A stretch of DNA of 64,000 bases from a virus (lineage: Duplodnaviria > Caudoviricetes). Shown here one piece after another: positions 27,184 through 36,764 of the stretch. The stretch lies in the IMG/VR virus record IMGVR_UViG_3300011337_000669; one strand, written 5' to 3'. Every line of letters starts with the position of its first letter. The first letter of the stretch is position 1. Position numbers and translations under genes: made by a program. Below the pieces are notes generated by a model. The model saw only the letters and a list, made by a program, of their open reading frames with translations. It did not search any database and was not told where the DNA came from.

Positions 27184-27969
27184 ATGAGTAATATGTCCAA
27201 AAAATTATGTATAAAGTGTAATATTGAAAAGAATTTTTGTGAATTTCATAAATCAGTAAAATCTAAAGATGGGTTGGTGACTTATTGTAAAGAATGTAGA
27301 AAATTAATCAGTGCTGACTATAATAAAAAATATTCTGATAAGATCTCAATAAAAAGAAAAAAATATAAAGAAGAAAATCCCGAAAAAATTAAAAATATTA
27401 ACAAAATATCAGGGAAAAAATATAAAGAAAATAATAAGGATAAACTAAAACTTCAAAGTAAATTGTATAGAGAAAAAAATAAAGACAAAATAAAAGAACG
27501 GCACAAATTATATAAAGAAAAAAATAAAGACAAAATAAAAGAATATAATTCAAAAAATGCTGAATACATTAAAAATTACAAAAAAAATCACTATCAAAAA
27601 AATAAAGTAATAATAAATGAAAAAATGAATGAAAAATACCATTCTGATTCAACATTCAAATTAATATGTTTAATTAGAGGAAGAATAAATAAGTTCTTAA
27701 AAATAAAAAATGTAGGAAAAAATAATTCAACATTTAATATGATTGGATGTTCTCCTTTAGAATTAAAAAATCATTTAGAAATTTTATTTACTGAAGGAAT
27801 GTCTTGGGAAAATCATGATTTATATGGATGGCATATTGACCACATAATTCCTTTATCTTCAGCTAAAACCGAGGAAGAAATATATCAACTTTGTCATTAT
27901 ACAAATCTTCAGCCACTTTGGGCTGAAGATAATTTGAAAAAGGGTGATAAGTTAGATTATTTCTTATAA
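27184..27969 (+). CDS. HNH endonuclease, paralog of 11995-12735
   Basis: GMSWEN..WHIDHIIPLSSA..LCHYTNLQPLWAEDN.KKG; YKEKNKDKIK repeats. Confidence 0.85.
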   Translation: MSNMSKKLCIKCNIEKNFCEFHKSVKSKDGLVTYCKECRKLISADYNKKYSDKISIKRKKYKEENPEKIKNINKISGKKYKENNKDKLKLQSKLYREKNKDKIKERHKLYKEKNKDKIKEYNSKNAEYIKNYKKNHYQKNKVIINEKMNEKYHSDSTFKLICLIRGRINKFLKIKNVGKNNSTFNMIGCSPLELKNHLEILFTEGMSWENHDLYGWHIDHIIPLSSAKTEEEIYQLCHYTNLQPLWAEDNLKKGDKLDYFL

Positions 27970-28268
27970 CAATCTTCACATAATTGTCCAGACCCTTCCA
28001 CATAAAAAAACCTCATATCAATATGTGTAGAACGTAAGTATGAAGTCTTCTTACCACACACAACACAAGTATCATAGTCATCAGGACGATTTATAGCGGT
28101 CACCAGTCCATCTTCGTTGATAGTTAGACCAACATGTTCATCATCAATTTGAGGACCTTCTAAGTCCCTCTTTGCTTGCCAAAATCTATCATGGACTTTC
28201 TTACCCATATCATAGTAATTTGATGTAGATAAAATCTCTTCTTCAGTAAATGTAACTTTGATTGACAT
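27957..28268 (-). CDS. Hypothetical protein with Zn-binding CxxC motifs
   Basis: CVVCG...GSGQLCEDCY. Confidence 0.65.
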   Translation of the reverse strand: MSIKVTFTEEEILSTSNYYDMGKKVHDRFWQAKRDLEGPQIDDEHVGLTINEDGLVTAINRPDDYDTCVVCGKKTSYLRSTHIDMRFFYVEGSGQLCEDCYKK

Positions 28269-28330
28269 AATATGTTTTTTATATTCAAAACATAATTAGA
28301 CAAAAAGAAAAAATAAATGTATTTATCAAT

Positions 28331-28696
28331 ATGATTGACACAAAAAAACTATCAGAGAAATTAAAATATTTAATGGAACAAGAATCAAATCGACAATTCG
28401 AAATATTTGATTTGGATGTGGATTTTTATGACGGAAACAGTGGATATCAATTATTCATTAAGTTTGACTACTTTGGGGTAATCGATTCTCAGATGCCAGG
28501 CTTTGCCACGGATATATCTAAAATGATAGGAAAAATAGAAAAAATTGTATCCAAAGTTACAATCACACCTGAAAAAAAATTATCTTTGTCTCAGGAAGTT
28601 GAGGTCGAATCTTTTATCGATCAAATTGATTATAAGATTGAAGATAGACATATTTTTACTCTTTCTTTTTTAGTTCACTATCTTGATAATAATTAA
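28331..28696 (+). CDS. Hypothetical protein
   Basis: ORF; TATTTAT 5 nt upstream. Confidence 0.65.
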   Translation: MIDTKKLSEKLKYLMEQESNRQFEIFDLDVDFYDGNSGYQLFIKFDYFGVIDSQMPGFATDISKMIGKIEKIVSKVTITPEKKLSLSQEVEVESFIDQIDYKIEDRHIFTLSFLVHYLDNN

Positions 28697-28699
28697 TAT

Positions 28700-29530
28700 A
28701 TGAACGAGAAATTAAAAAAAATCGTCCTAAAACTTGAGGACTCAATCAAAAAATTTGATTCAATACAGGACTTGTATTTCAAATTGAAGATAATTGCTAT
28801 ATCTCAGTCAGATTATTTTTCCTATTTAGGTCCAGACAACTTAATTAAATTAACCTTATACATTTACTCATACAAAATGACAAAAGGTTTTGATATGGGT
28901 GATAAAATGATAAACAATTTATCATTTGCCGAATTGGCAACCCCATATGAACAACAATACTTGAAAACTTGCGAACAATGTGAGGGAGATGGAGAGATGA
29001 AATGTCTATATTGTGGTGGAACCCATGAAATCAATTGTAAAAAGTGTAAAGGAGAGGGAGAAATAGATTGTGAATATTGTAACCCTGAAGTATATTCATA
29101 TGAGTGTGATGAATGTTTTGGTGAAGAGAGGGTCGATTGTGACGAATGTTATGGTAGAGGAGTTGTAAAATGTGAGGAATGTGATGTAAATGGAACAGTC
29201 GAATGTGATGAATGTGAAGGGCAAGGGGAAATCGAAACGGATGAAGTTGTAGTACGATTTGTTTTTATCGCAACTTGGAGCAAGAGAATCAAAGACCAAT
29301 GTGAACTAAGTGTTGGAACAAACACCCCAATTATGTCTGAAGAGGAATTTTTGTCATTGGAATCTGACTTTATAATATTATCTTCCGGCGAAGGTCATCA
29401 AATTTTAGATGTTGATCCATATCAAATGTATTGTTTAAGTTATTCTGATGAACCAGCAATAAGTCTACATTCACATTCGATGAACATACTACCTACCAAC
29501 AAAACGAAAAACGCAGAATATTGGAAATAA
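28700..29530 (+). CDS. Protein with DnaJ-type CxxCxGxG zinc-finger repeats, no J domain
   Basis: About 8 CxxC motifs (CEQCEGDG, CKKCKGEG, CDECYGRG, CDECEGQG). Confidence 0.75.
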   Translation: MNEKLKKIVLKLEDSIKKFDSIQDLYFKLKIIAISQSDYFSYLGPDNLIKLTLYIYSYKMTKGFDMGDKMINNLSFAELATPYEQQYLKTCEQCEGDGEMKCLYCGGTHEINCKKCKGEGEIDCEYCNPEVYSYECDECFGEERVDCDECYGRGVVKCEECDVNGTVECDECEGQGEIETDEVVVRFVFIATWSKRIKDQCELSVGTNTPIMSEEEFLSLESDFIILSSGEGHQILDVDPYQMYCLSYSDEPAISLHSHSMNILPTNKTKNAEYWK

Positions 29531-29532
29531 AA

Positions 29533-29554
29533 AAAGGAGACCGAAGTCTCCTTT
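29533..29554. terminator. Bidirectional terminator
   Basis: AAAGGAGAC-CGAA-GTCTCCTTT perfect 9-bp stem. Confidence 0.85.
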
Positions 29555-29594
29555 AATTGGGCTCACAGGTTTGTGAAGCGTCCACCACCAAGTT

Positions 29595-29894
29595 TCATCT
29601 AACTTGGAAATCATCGTTTCTGAAAAGCACATTGGCAAAATCCTCCAAGTCTTTTCCACTCACATAACCAACAACATCATCCCCATTTTCAGGAAAAAAG
29701 AACTTGGTAATGAATCTATGGTCTTGAGAATCAAATACCGCAATCTCGAAAGTTTTTTCGAAATCCCCATAGAGGCCCCGACCACCTCCAACAATAGATA
29801 ACTCGTATTTACGGTTGAATATATTTGTCACCCTACCGTCTTGCGTCGAAGGGTGAGGTTTTGACCATTTTTTTATGTCCTTGATTGTAATCAT
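29595..29894 (-). CDS. Hypothetical phage protein
   Basis: ORF; SIVGGGRGLYGD..TFEIAV. Confidence 0.6.
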   Translation of the reverse strand: MITIKDIKKWSKPHPSTQDGRVTNIFNRKYELSIVGGGRGLYGDFEKTFEIAVFDSQDHRFITKFFFPENGDDVVGYVSGKDLEDFANVLFRNDDFQVR

Positions 29895-30172
29895 TTTGTT
29901 ACTTCCGCCTCGATTTTAGATTTGTTAATAAGATGCTCCGCTAATGTATAAGTATCCACATTCGTGGTAATGATGGATTCAACCAAATGTTTGTAAGGGA
30001 CGTGAACAAAGAAATCCACACCATTGAAAAACGTCAAATCATTTTTTAATTCGATACTTCCTTGAACCATTTTGAGGAAAAGTTTGAACTGAGTCCCATT
30101 CACAAAGGTCTCATTCAAAAGGACTCCAAATTTTTCGTGTTGAATCTTGATGTTGTGGGATGCCATGTTCAT
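29891..30172 (-). CDS. Hypothetical protein
   Basis: ORF; TATATTTG upstream. Confidence 0.6.
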   Translation of the reverse strand: MNMASHNIKIQHEKFGVLLNETFVNGTQFKLFLKMVQGSIELKNDLTFFNGVDFFVHVPYKHLVESIITTNVDTYTLAEHLINKSKIEAEVTK

Positions 30173-30249
30173 ATCTTCGTCGTTTGTCTTACAAATATAA
30201 TTAAATTCCGAACAATAAAAAAAAATCCCCTACTTTTTTTAGTAGGGGA

Positions 30250-30500
30250 AGTTAGAAAAATAAGAAGAGGGTTTACGACCCTCCACATTGATGACCGAAC
30301 TTATATATTCAGTCAGATATCTTAAGTTGAATAACTTCTAAAAAAAAGTCCCACAAACTCCTTCTCTCTCGAACTCTCATTTGTGGGACAAATGTTTCAC
30401 AAACATAGTAAGAATATTTTATTATATCAAACTAAAATGAAACTTTTTGTGGGGGTGTTGAATCTCTCGACTCAGTTTTATAAATATAAGTAAGTTTAAT
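30250..30500 (-). ncRNA. Candidate small RNA(s) in an ORF-free gap
   Basis: Two promoter-like motifs and several hairpins (GTCCCACAAA/TTTGTGGGAC, GACTGAA/TTCGGTC, GAGGGT/ACCCTC). Confidence 0.3.
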
Positions 30501-30506
30501 AAAAAA

Positions 30507-30920
30507 TCAAACTACCTCGAAATATTTTTTTAATATTGTTTGTAAATTGGATTCCAATCCCAATTTCTTTGTTTCTTTGAACGTAAAATATCCACATTTT
30601 GTGTGCTCATGACCATCTACCGCCGAATCCAAGTCAGGTAATATTTCATCAGTGAGTTCAGATATGAACACATAGATAAAGTCCTTGTCGGACTTAACAC
30701 CATTGTCGATTACAGGAATTGTTCCAATGAAATCTATATCATTCTCTGACAATTCAAAGTCAGTCTCTTCATAAAGTTCACGAACAGCCGCCTCGCGTGG
30801 AGTTTCCCCTCTTTCAATTTTACCTGTAGGAATGAACCATTGGTTAGGATGCGAATCCTCACCATTTCGTTTACACAGTAAACACTTATCCTTGTATTTT
30901 AATATTACACCTGAGTACAT
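30507..30920 (-). CDS. Nudix hydrolase
   Basis: Nudix box GKIERGETPREAAVRELYEETD. Confidence 0.92.
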   Translation of the reverse strand: MYSGVILKYKDKCLLCKRNGEDSHPNQWFIPTGKIERGETPREAAVRELYEETDFELSENDIDFIGTIPVIDNGVKSDKDFIYVFISELTDEILPDLDSAVDGHEHTKCGYFTFKETKKLGLESNLQTILKKYFEVV

Positions 30921-30947
30921 TTCAACTTAAATTGTATTTATATAATT

Positions 30948-31295
30948 ATGGACGTATCAATAAATAATCACAGATTCGAAGTTACAACATTAATCGACCC
31001 AAAATCTCAAAGAATTGGAATGATGGGTAAAAGATTTTCACACATCAAACAAGGTATGTTGTTTTTGATGGGTGGAAAAGAACAATGTTTTTGGATGCTG
31101 AACTGTATAATTCCCCTCGATATAATCATAATAAAGAATAATATTATTGTCAACATCCATCACGATTGTCCTCCGTGCCAACAAGATGATTGTCCCTCTT
31201 TCTGTGGTAACGGAAATATTGTGTTAGAATTACGTGGAGGTGCTTGTCTGAAGTTAGGTATCAAACCAGGTGATACTATCAATTACTTGTTTTAG
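30948..31295 (+). CDS. DUF192-family protein
   Basis: GMM.....GMLF.......FWMLNCIIPLDII...VLELRGG pattern. Confidence 0.8.
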   Translation: MDVSINNHRFEVTTLIDPKSQRIGMMGKRFSHIKQGMLFLMGGKEQCFWMLNCIIPLDIIIIKNNIIVNIHHDCPPCQQDDCPSFCGNGNIVLELRGGACLKLGIKPGDTINYLF

Positions 31296-32682
31296 ACAAC
31301 TCAATCTTTTCTTTCAATACTTTTTGAAATTGATTAGCAATCATTTTGGTAAACTTGACAGTTGGCGAATCTTCCGACTCTCCGTATCTTGTTCCACCAC
31401 TTGGAGGTCTTGTACTTCTCCCAAGATAATTTAACCCTGAAATGTTTGTTATACATTTGTGGCCTCCCGAGTTGGCTTGTATCAAGTCCCAAGCATTTAC
31501 ACCGATTTTGTCCAAAATCTTCATTTCATCTTCAGTCAAACTTTTGAAAGATTTTTCCATCATGGTACCAATCTTGTCTAAGATTTGTTCACCATTATCC
31601 ATAAACATTATTTTTTCACCATATAGGGCTTTGAAATCTTTGAATGTAAATCCAATACTTTCAGGTCCAACACTAGTTTCACTTACCCACTTTATTGTTG
31701 ATAGTGGTACAGTTTTTTGTTTCAATTGGTCTTCCCATTTACTTAAAACTTCTTGTGCGATTTCCCCTAAATTAACACCTTTAAGTTCTCTATCTTTCTT
31801 AAACGGATTACAGGATGCTTGAACGAGTCCCATAGGCCATGCCATAATTAAAAAGTCTGCCTCAGGATTATTTTTATAAGGAGTGTATCTATCATAAGAA
31901 CCTGGCTTGAACATACTACCTCCTCCATATTGGAAAATAATATTATCAGTTACAGTTGGGAAAGATTTCATTTGCCCGATATAATCTTCAGCATTTTTCT
32001 GTAATTGTTCAGGTGATGGTGATCCCGTATTTCTCATCCAATTTTTTATATTGTTCAGTATTGAAAGCAAAGATGGTTCTGAATCCATTACTAACATTTC
32101 TAAAAATCCTGGCTTATTTTTGAAGGCCAACAACAGTTTGTTGATAACTAACCCCAATAACATTTTATTTGACTGAAGGGATTTTTCCTTGTCAATTCGA
32201 AATAAATAATTTACAACATCATCAGGTGTTAAATTTTTTCTTGCAAAGTCAGCAGAGTCAACAGTACTAATAAGTAAAATGTCTGGAGATGGGAACAATT
32301 CTTTTGGAGAAACAACTTGAGACAAAGTTTCCACGTTGGATCGGGACTGTCTAAATGAAGTTGATTTAGTATCTTCGGCACCAGCCTGTCTATCATGGTG
32401 GTCAGTGTGAATAACAAACATTGGTTTACCATGCGCAAAATCCACGAGAACTGGCATTGTGTCACCAGTCGCATCGTTTTTTTTCACAGCAAATTCTTTG
32501 TCTCCATATTGAATAATATGAGCATCAACAACTTTGATACCATTGTCTTCCAAATACTTTTTCATCGCGATGGCGGTTGTTACACCGTCCAAATCCTGAT
32601 GGAAGTAGATTTCTGCCTTGGGATATCGTTTACTTAATTCTTTAATATCCCGAATACCACTCTCTTTTAATATTTTTTTCAT
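31279..32682 (-). CDS. DHH-superfamily phosphoesterase-like protein with MKKILKE leader
   Basis: HQDLDG, LVDF and TDHHD motifs. Confidence 0.7.
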   Translation of the reverse strand: MKKILKESGIRDIKELSKRYPKAEIYFHQDLDGVTTAIAMKKYLEDNGIKVVDAHIIQYGDKEFAVKKNDATGDTMPVLVDFAHGKPMFVIHTDHHDRQAGAEDTKSTSFRQSRSNVETLSQVVSPKELFPSPDILLISTVDSADFARKNLTPDDVVNYLFRIDKEKSLQSNKMLLGLVINKLLLAFKNKPGFLEMLVMDSEPSLLSILNNIKNWMRNTGSPSPEQLQKNAEDYIGQMKSFPTVTDNIIFQYGGGSMFKPGSYDRYTPYKNNPEADFLIMAWPMGLVQASCNPFKKDRELKGVNLGEIAQEVLSKWEDQLKQKTVPLSTIKWVSETSVGPESIGFTFKDFKALYGEKIMFMDNGEQILDKIGTMMEKSFKSLTEDEMKILDKIGVNAWDLIQANSGGHKCITNISGLNYLGRSTRPPSGGTRYGESEDSPTVKFTKMIANQFQKVLKEKIELSKTSN

Positions 32683-33041
32683 TGGAACTGTTTTTTGACC
32701 CAATCGAGAAAATTTCCCCAAAGATCTTCGTGTACACCATACTCATTAGCAACTATGTTTTTCAACATAATTTTGTCCTTCTCAGGCATTTTGTTGTAAG
32801 TTTTATCACCCCAGACTCCATCCGTAGGATATACACCAATCATTTGTTGATATTTAGCGATTGCGTCTGCAGTCTTGGAATTTCGTCCAGTCCTCCCATC
32901 CAATTCCAAACCAGCGTTGATTCTTTTGTTCAGAAAAGCCTGAATTCTATAAACATGCTCTCGGTGATACATTTGTTCGTTAATTACTCTTTTAACAACT
33001 CTTGTCAAGTCGGACTCAGTCAATTTAATTATTTTTGCCAT
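32679..33041 (-). CDS. Peptidoglycan-binding-domain protein with MAKIIKLTESDL leader
   Basis: IQAFLN..GLELDG..G..TA.AI..YQ....DGVWG.KT. Confidence 0.7.
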   Translation of the reverse strand: MAKIIKLTESDLTRVVKRVINEQMYHREHVYRIQAFLNKRINAGLELDGRTGRNSKTADAIAKYQQMIGVYPTDGVWGDKTYNKMPEKDKIMLKNIVANEYGVHEDLWGNFLDWVKKQFQ

Positions 33042-33043
33042 AA

Positions 33044-33415
33044 TTAGTACTTTAGGGTTAATAAGTATTTTGATTTATTTATTGTCGCCAACATTTCATC
33101 ACGGATATTCAATAAATCTGTGTCATATCTTGTATCCAATTGGTCTGAAAAACTAACTAAAAATTCGGTAATTCCATCCATAAAATTTTGTATACTGATG
33201 GAGGAGATGTCTTGGAACATCAACGCAAATTCAGGTTCGAATTCTGGCCTTCCATATTTTCCCATCATGACTTCAGTAAATTCATCAATTAAATCACCAA
33301 GTCCGTCATATAATTCTCCATAAGTTCTGTGTTTAGCATCTCCGTATGTTTGCCAATGTAAAAACTTCCATTGAAGTTGTACTTGTACCAATTTTTTAAT
33401 TAATTCTTCTTTCAT
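33044..33415 (-). CDS. Ferritin/Dps-like four-helix-bundle protein (DUF5856-like)
   Basis: LHWQT..AKH...GELYD...D.F.E.MMGKYGR; LNIRDEML. Confidence 0.75.
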   Translation of the reverse strand: MKEELIKKLVQVQLQWKFLHWQTYGDAKHRTYGELYDGLGDLIDEFTEVMMGKYGRPEFEPEFALMFQDISSISIQNFMDGITEFLVSFSDQLDTRYDTDLLNIRDEMLATINKSKYLLTLKY

Positions 33416-33480
33416 CTTCATAAATATAACAATAACCAAAAAAAAGGTCTCAAGGACCTTTTTAAGTTTTATTTTCAAAA

Positions 33481-35007
33481 TCAAGAACCCCTTGTTTTTT
33501 TTGATTCCATATGAGATGTAACATCATCCAATATATTGTTTCTCTTGGCGTATGTATAAGCTCCCATACTACCTAATCTAAAAGCCTCTCTGTTTTGATA
33601 TTTAAGTGCCTCTTGTTTAACCGATTCGTCATCCCAAACGTTTCTTCTTTTCATATGTTTAGTAACATCATTTATCCAACCGTATTTTATTGCCGCATCA
33701 TAGGCAGTCTTATTGTTTTTTCTAAAGTCGACATAATTATCATATTTTTTTGCAATATCATTAACCAAATTTTTAGTCCAAACAAATTGTGACTCCATAT
33801 GTTTTGTAACTTCATCTAACCAATTATTTTTTACCGCAGAATTATAGGCACCAGGCGAATTTTGTTGGAATTCCCTTCTCATTTTATATTTTTCAGCTTC
33901 TTTTTTAACATTATCAAAATCCATCCAAGGAAGTTCTTTCCTTTTCAAATTTTCAATCAAGTCGAACCACCTGTTTTTTAATATTGCGTTGTATGCTGAT
34001 TCTTCATTTTTCCTAAAGTTTGCTAAAGTGTCATAGTTGATAATTATTTTTTGTAAAATCTCTCTAGTATATTTTTTAAATTTAACATCTTTTTCCAAAT
34101 CTTTAACTACATCCTCATACCACCCATTGTTTACTGCCGCTTCCCAAGCATTTTTTTCATTATTCCTAAAATCTTTCAGTTTAGTATATTTTTTGGCAAT
34201 ATTCATGACTTTTTCTTTAGACCATTTTTGTAAATTACCACCTAAACCACCTGTTTTTACTTTATTCAATGGTGTCCAACCATTATTAATATACTGATTT
34301 AATATCTCATTTTCTTTTTGTACAGATTCCTCATTAGTAATAAATTCTGTAATTTTTTTCAAAACCGGTGTCAATCCAGTTTTTAATGTGTGCTGATACA
34401 CAGAACTTTTTACATCCCTTAAATGGCTGTACTCCCTTTTCTTTTGATTATATGTTAGTCCAACATAAAAATAGTTATCAGGAAATTCATACACATAAAT
34501 CATTCTGTTATATCTATTCCCCAACAATTCCATATGTTGTGTAACATCATCCATGATGCCCATTCGTAAAGCGGCATTATACGCATTTTGGTCATTTTTT
34601 TCAAATTCACTTCGATATTTATATTTTAATGCAATATCATGTATTTTTTTTTTATCCCATCGCGTATTTCGTTTCATATGCGAAATTATGTCATCAATAA
34701 ACCCATTTCTTTTAGCGAATAAAAAAGCTCCATTTTCATTATTTCTGAAATCTATAAATCTATCATAATTTTGTGCAATTCGAAATATATCATCATATGT
34801 CCAATTATTATTTCGTTTTATTACCATATGGGTTGTGACATCATCTATCCACCCGTTACGTCTAGCGGCTTCATACGCGTTTGAGGATTTTTTTTGAAAT
34901 TCTCCTCTATTCCCATATTTTTCCGCTTCTTTTTGAACCAATTCTTTAGTCCACTTGACTCTTTCAGTAATAATTTTTTTTATTTCGGCAAGAATTATTT
35001 GTTTCAT
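33481..35007 (-). CDS. GIY-YIG-like nuclease flanked by 8 tandem ~47-aa repeats
   Basis: IYVYEFPDNYFYVGLT...RE..H core; W......A.KY....F......AY..A....W.D...HM repeats (3 before, 5 after). Confidence 0.8.
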   Translation of the reverse strand: MKQIILAEIKKIITERVKWTKELVQKEAEKYGNRGEFQKKSSNAYEAARRNGWIDDVTTHMVIKRNNNWTYDDIFRIAQNYDRFIDFRNNENGAFLFAKRNGFIDDIISHMKRNTRWDKKKIHDIALKYKYRSEFEKNDQNAYNAALRMGIMDDVTQHMELLGNRYNRMIYVYEFPDNYFYVGLTYNQKKREYSHLRDVKSSVYQHTLKTGLTPVLKKITEFITNEESVQKENEILNQYINNGWTPLNKVKTGGLGGNLQKWSKEKVMNIAKKYTKLKDFRNNEKNAWEAAVNNGWYEDVVKDLEKDVKFKKYTREILQKIIINYDTLANFRKNEESAYNAILKNRWFDLIENLKRKELPWMDFDNVKKEAEKYKMRREFQQNSPGAYNSAVKNNWLDEVTKHMESQFVWTKNLVNDIAKKYDNYVDFRKNNKTAYDAAIKYGWINDVTKHMKRRNVWDDESVKQEALKYQNREAFRLGSMGAYTYAKRNNILDDVTSHMESKKTRGS

Positions 35008-35030
35008 ATCTAGTAAATACTATTAAATAA

Positions 35031-35054
35031 ATAAACCCCAAATATGGGGTTTAT
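35031..35054. terminator. Intrinsic terminator
   Basis: ATAAACCCCA-AATA-TGGGGTTTAT. Confidence 0.8.
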
Positions 35055-35914
35055 TTATTTTTTTCAAAATCTAATATTTGTTGTCGTTTACTTTCAACAA
35101 ATAAGTTAACTCGTTTTCTTGCAACTTCACAATAATTCGAACTGAGTTCGATTCCAATCCATCTGCGTCCTAACGTTTCTGCCGAGGCCAAACTAGTTCC
35201 GCTGCCTGTGAATGGGTCCATAATTATATCATTCTTGTAGGTAAGAATTTTTATCGCTTTCGTTGGGATGTCCATTGAAAAAGTTGCCTTTGTTTGTTGT
35301 CTTGTATCCGCAAAATATTCCCATTGACCATATACCAAACTCATAAAGTCCTTCTTATCTTCATCTTGATACATGGTTTTTTTCTTTATTGTTCCGTCTT
35401 CTTGTTCAACATCAACAACTTCCCCAACCCACTGAGGTTCCCCTTTAACTTTCTTAATCCTATCTTTCTTGTAAGCAAGGATTACACACTCTTTTGGATT
35501 GTAAATATATGGACTGGATGGACTCATCCAAGAACCCCAAGCGGTGGTCTTACTTCTATGTGGCGCATTCTCATCAAGGTCAACAAGTCCATAGAATTTG
35601 AACCCAACCTTTTTCATTACAGACCAAAATTCAGACATAAATAATACTCTACCACCTCTATCTTGGACATTGATTTCATAAGGAATATTAATCGCAACTC
35701 TACCATCTTCTTTCAATATTCTGAACGCCTGAGTTAACCAATTCTCAGTGAATTGCCAGTAATCATCCATAGATTGATTGTCATCGTGAGTATCATAGTC
35801 AATACCGACGTTATAAGGTGGAGAGGTAACAATTAAATCAATTATTGACTCAGGTAATTTACCCATCTCAACAACACAATCTCCATTTATAATCCTATTT
35901 GTTTCTAACATCAT
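35051..35914 (-). CDS. N4-cytosine/N6-adenine DNA methyltransferase (beta class)
   Basis: VTSPPY before DPFTGSGT. Confidence 0.92.
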   Translation of the reverse strand: MMLETNRIINGDCVVEMGKLPESIIDLIVTSPPYNVGIDYDTHDDNQSMDDYWQFTENWLTQAFRILKEDGRVAINIPYEINVQDRGGRVLFMSEFWSVMKKVGFKFYGLVDLDENAPHRSKTTAWGSWMSPSSPYIYNPKECVILAYKKDRIKKVKGEPQWVGEVVDVEQEDGTIKKKTMYQDEDKKDFMSLVYGQWEYFADTRQQTKATFSMDIPTKAIKILTYKNDIIMDPFTGSGTSLASAETLGRRWIGIELSSNYCEVARKRVNLFVESKRQQILDFEKNK

Positions 35915-36312
35915 AATTTACCTTCGTTTCTTAATTGTTCTCTAATCTTCGTCGCAGATATATCTGAAACTTCTTGAGGTGGAATATGTTCTATAATATC
36001 ATAACCAACACCTCTTCCGAAGTTTATCGATTCAATATCAGGTATTATCATAACTTTAACTCTACCCTCCTGAATTAAGTCTATAAGTTCTCCAGTGATT
36101 CTATTCTCAACCTCTTGTGAAGTATAAGGATTTTTATCGTCAGGTTCAATGTCCCTAATACAAATTAGAACATTTTTACCATCGTTCAAGATTTCATTCA
36201 CAATCCATCGATGACCCCCGTGAAATGGCTGGAACCTCCCCACAAACATAGAATACTGTTTACCTCCAGTATTTTTCAATTTTGGATCTCCCTCAACGTG
36301 TGTCTTTTTCAT
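35911..36312 (-). CDS. HIGH-type nucleotidyltransferase (cytidyltransferase/NadM-like)
   Basis: GRFQPFHGGH and ISATKIR motifs. Confidence 0.8.
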   Translation of the reverse strand: MKKTHVEGDPKLKNTGGKQYSMFVGRFQPFHGGHRWIVNEILNDGKNVLICIRDIEPDDKNPYTSQEVENRITGELIDLIQEGRVKVMIIPDIESINFGRGVGYDIIEHIPPQEVSDISATKIREQLRNEGKL

Positions 36313-36320
36313 TTTTGTTT

Positions 36321-36764
36321 TTAATTTGTTTTTATGAACTCCAAAATAATATTTACAGAATCCTCAATTGAGACATTGGTCGTATCAATATCTATGTAAT
36401 TCTCTGATGGTCTTCCATATTCTTTAACGAAATATCCTTCTCTTCCCCTAACTTCGGTGGTGTGGACATAAACTTCGATAAGATTATGTCCCATCTTTGA
36501 TTTGAACTTATCTCTTTGGTCTTTATATGGAGACACTAAAGAAACAAATACCTGTTTACCTTTATTATGAAGATATTCTGAGATTTGTTGCGCAAGTTCA
36601 ATATTCTTTCTACGTCCAACTTCAGAATAATCTTTATTATCAAATAAATCTCTCAAATCATCTCCATCAATATGAAATACATCCGAACCCATATTTAACA
36701 TCATTTGTTTACATAGGGTTGTCTTGCCTGAACCAGGTTGTCCTGTTAACCAAATTATTGACAT
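36321..36764 (-). CDS. cysC: Adenylylsulfate kinase-like P-loop kinase
   Basis: IWLTGQPGSGKTT, IDGDDLR, R..NI, VSLVSPY..R. Confidence 0.8.
   Translation of the reverse strand: MSIIWLTGQPGSGKTTLCKQMMLNMGSDVFHIDGDDLRDLFDNKDYSEVGRRKNIELAQQISEYLHNKGKQVFVSLVSPYKDQRDKFKSKMGHNLIEVYVHTTEVRGREGYFVKEYGRPSENYIDIDTTNVSIEDSVNIILEFIKTN

Noticed and set aside
30255-30290. preQ1-I riboswitch (GAGGGTCGTAAACCCTC on the minus strand)
   Set aside because: Stem resembles P1, but the required A-rich 3' tail is absent (U-rich instead) and no queuosine gene follows
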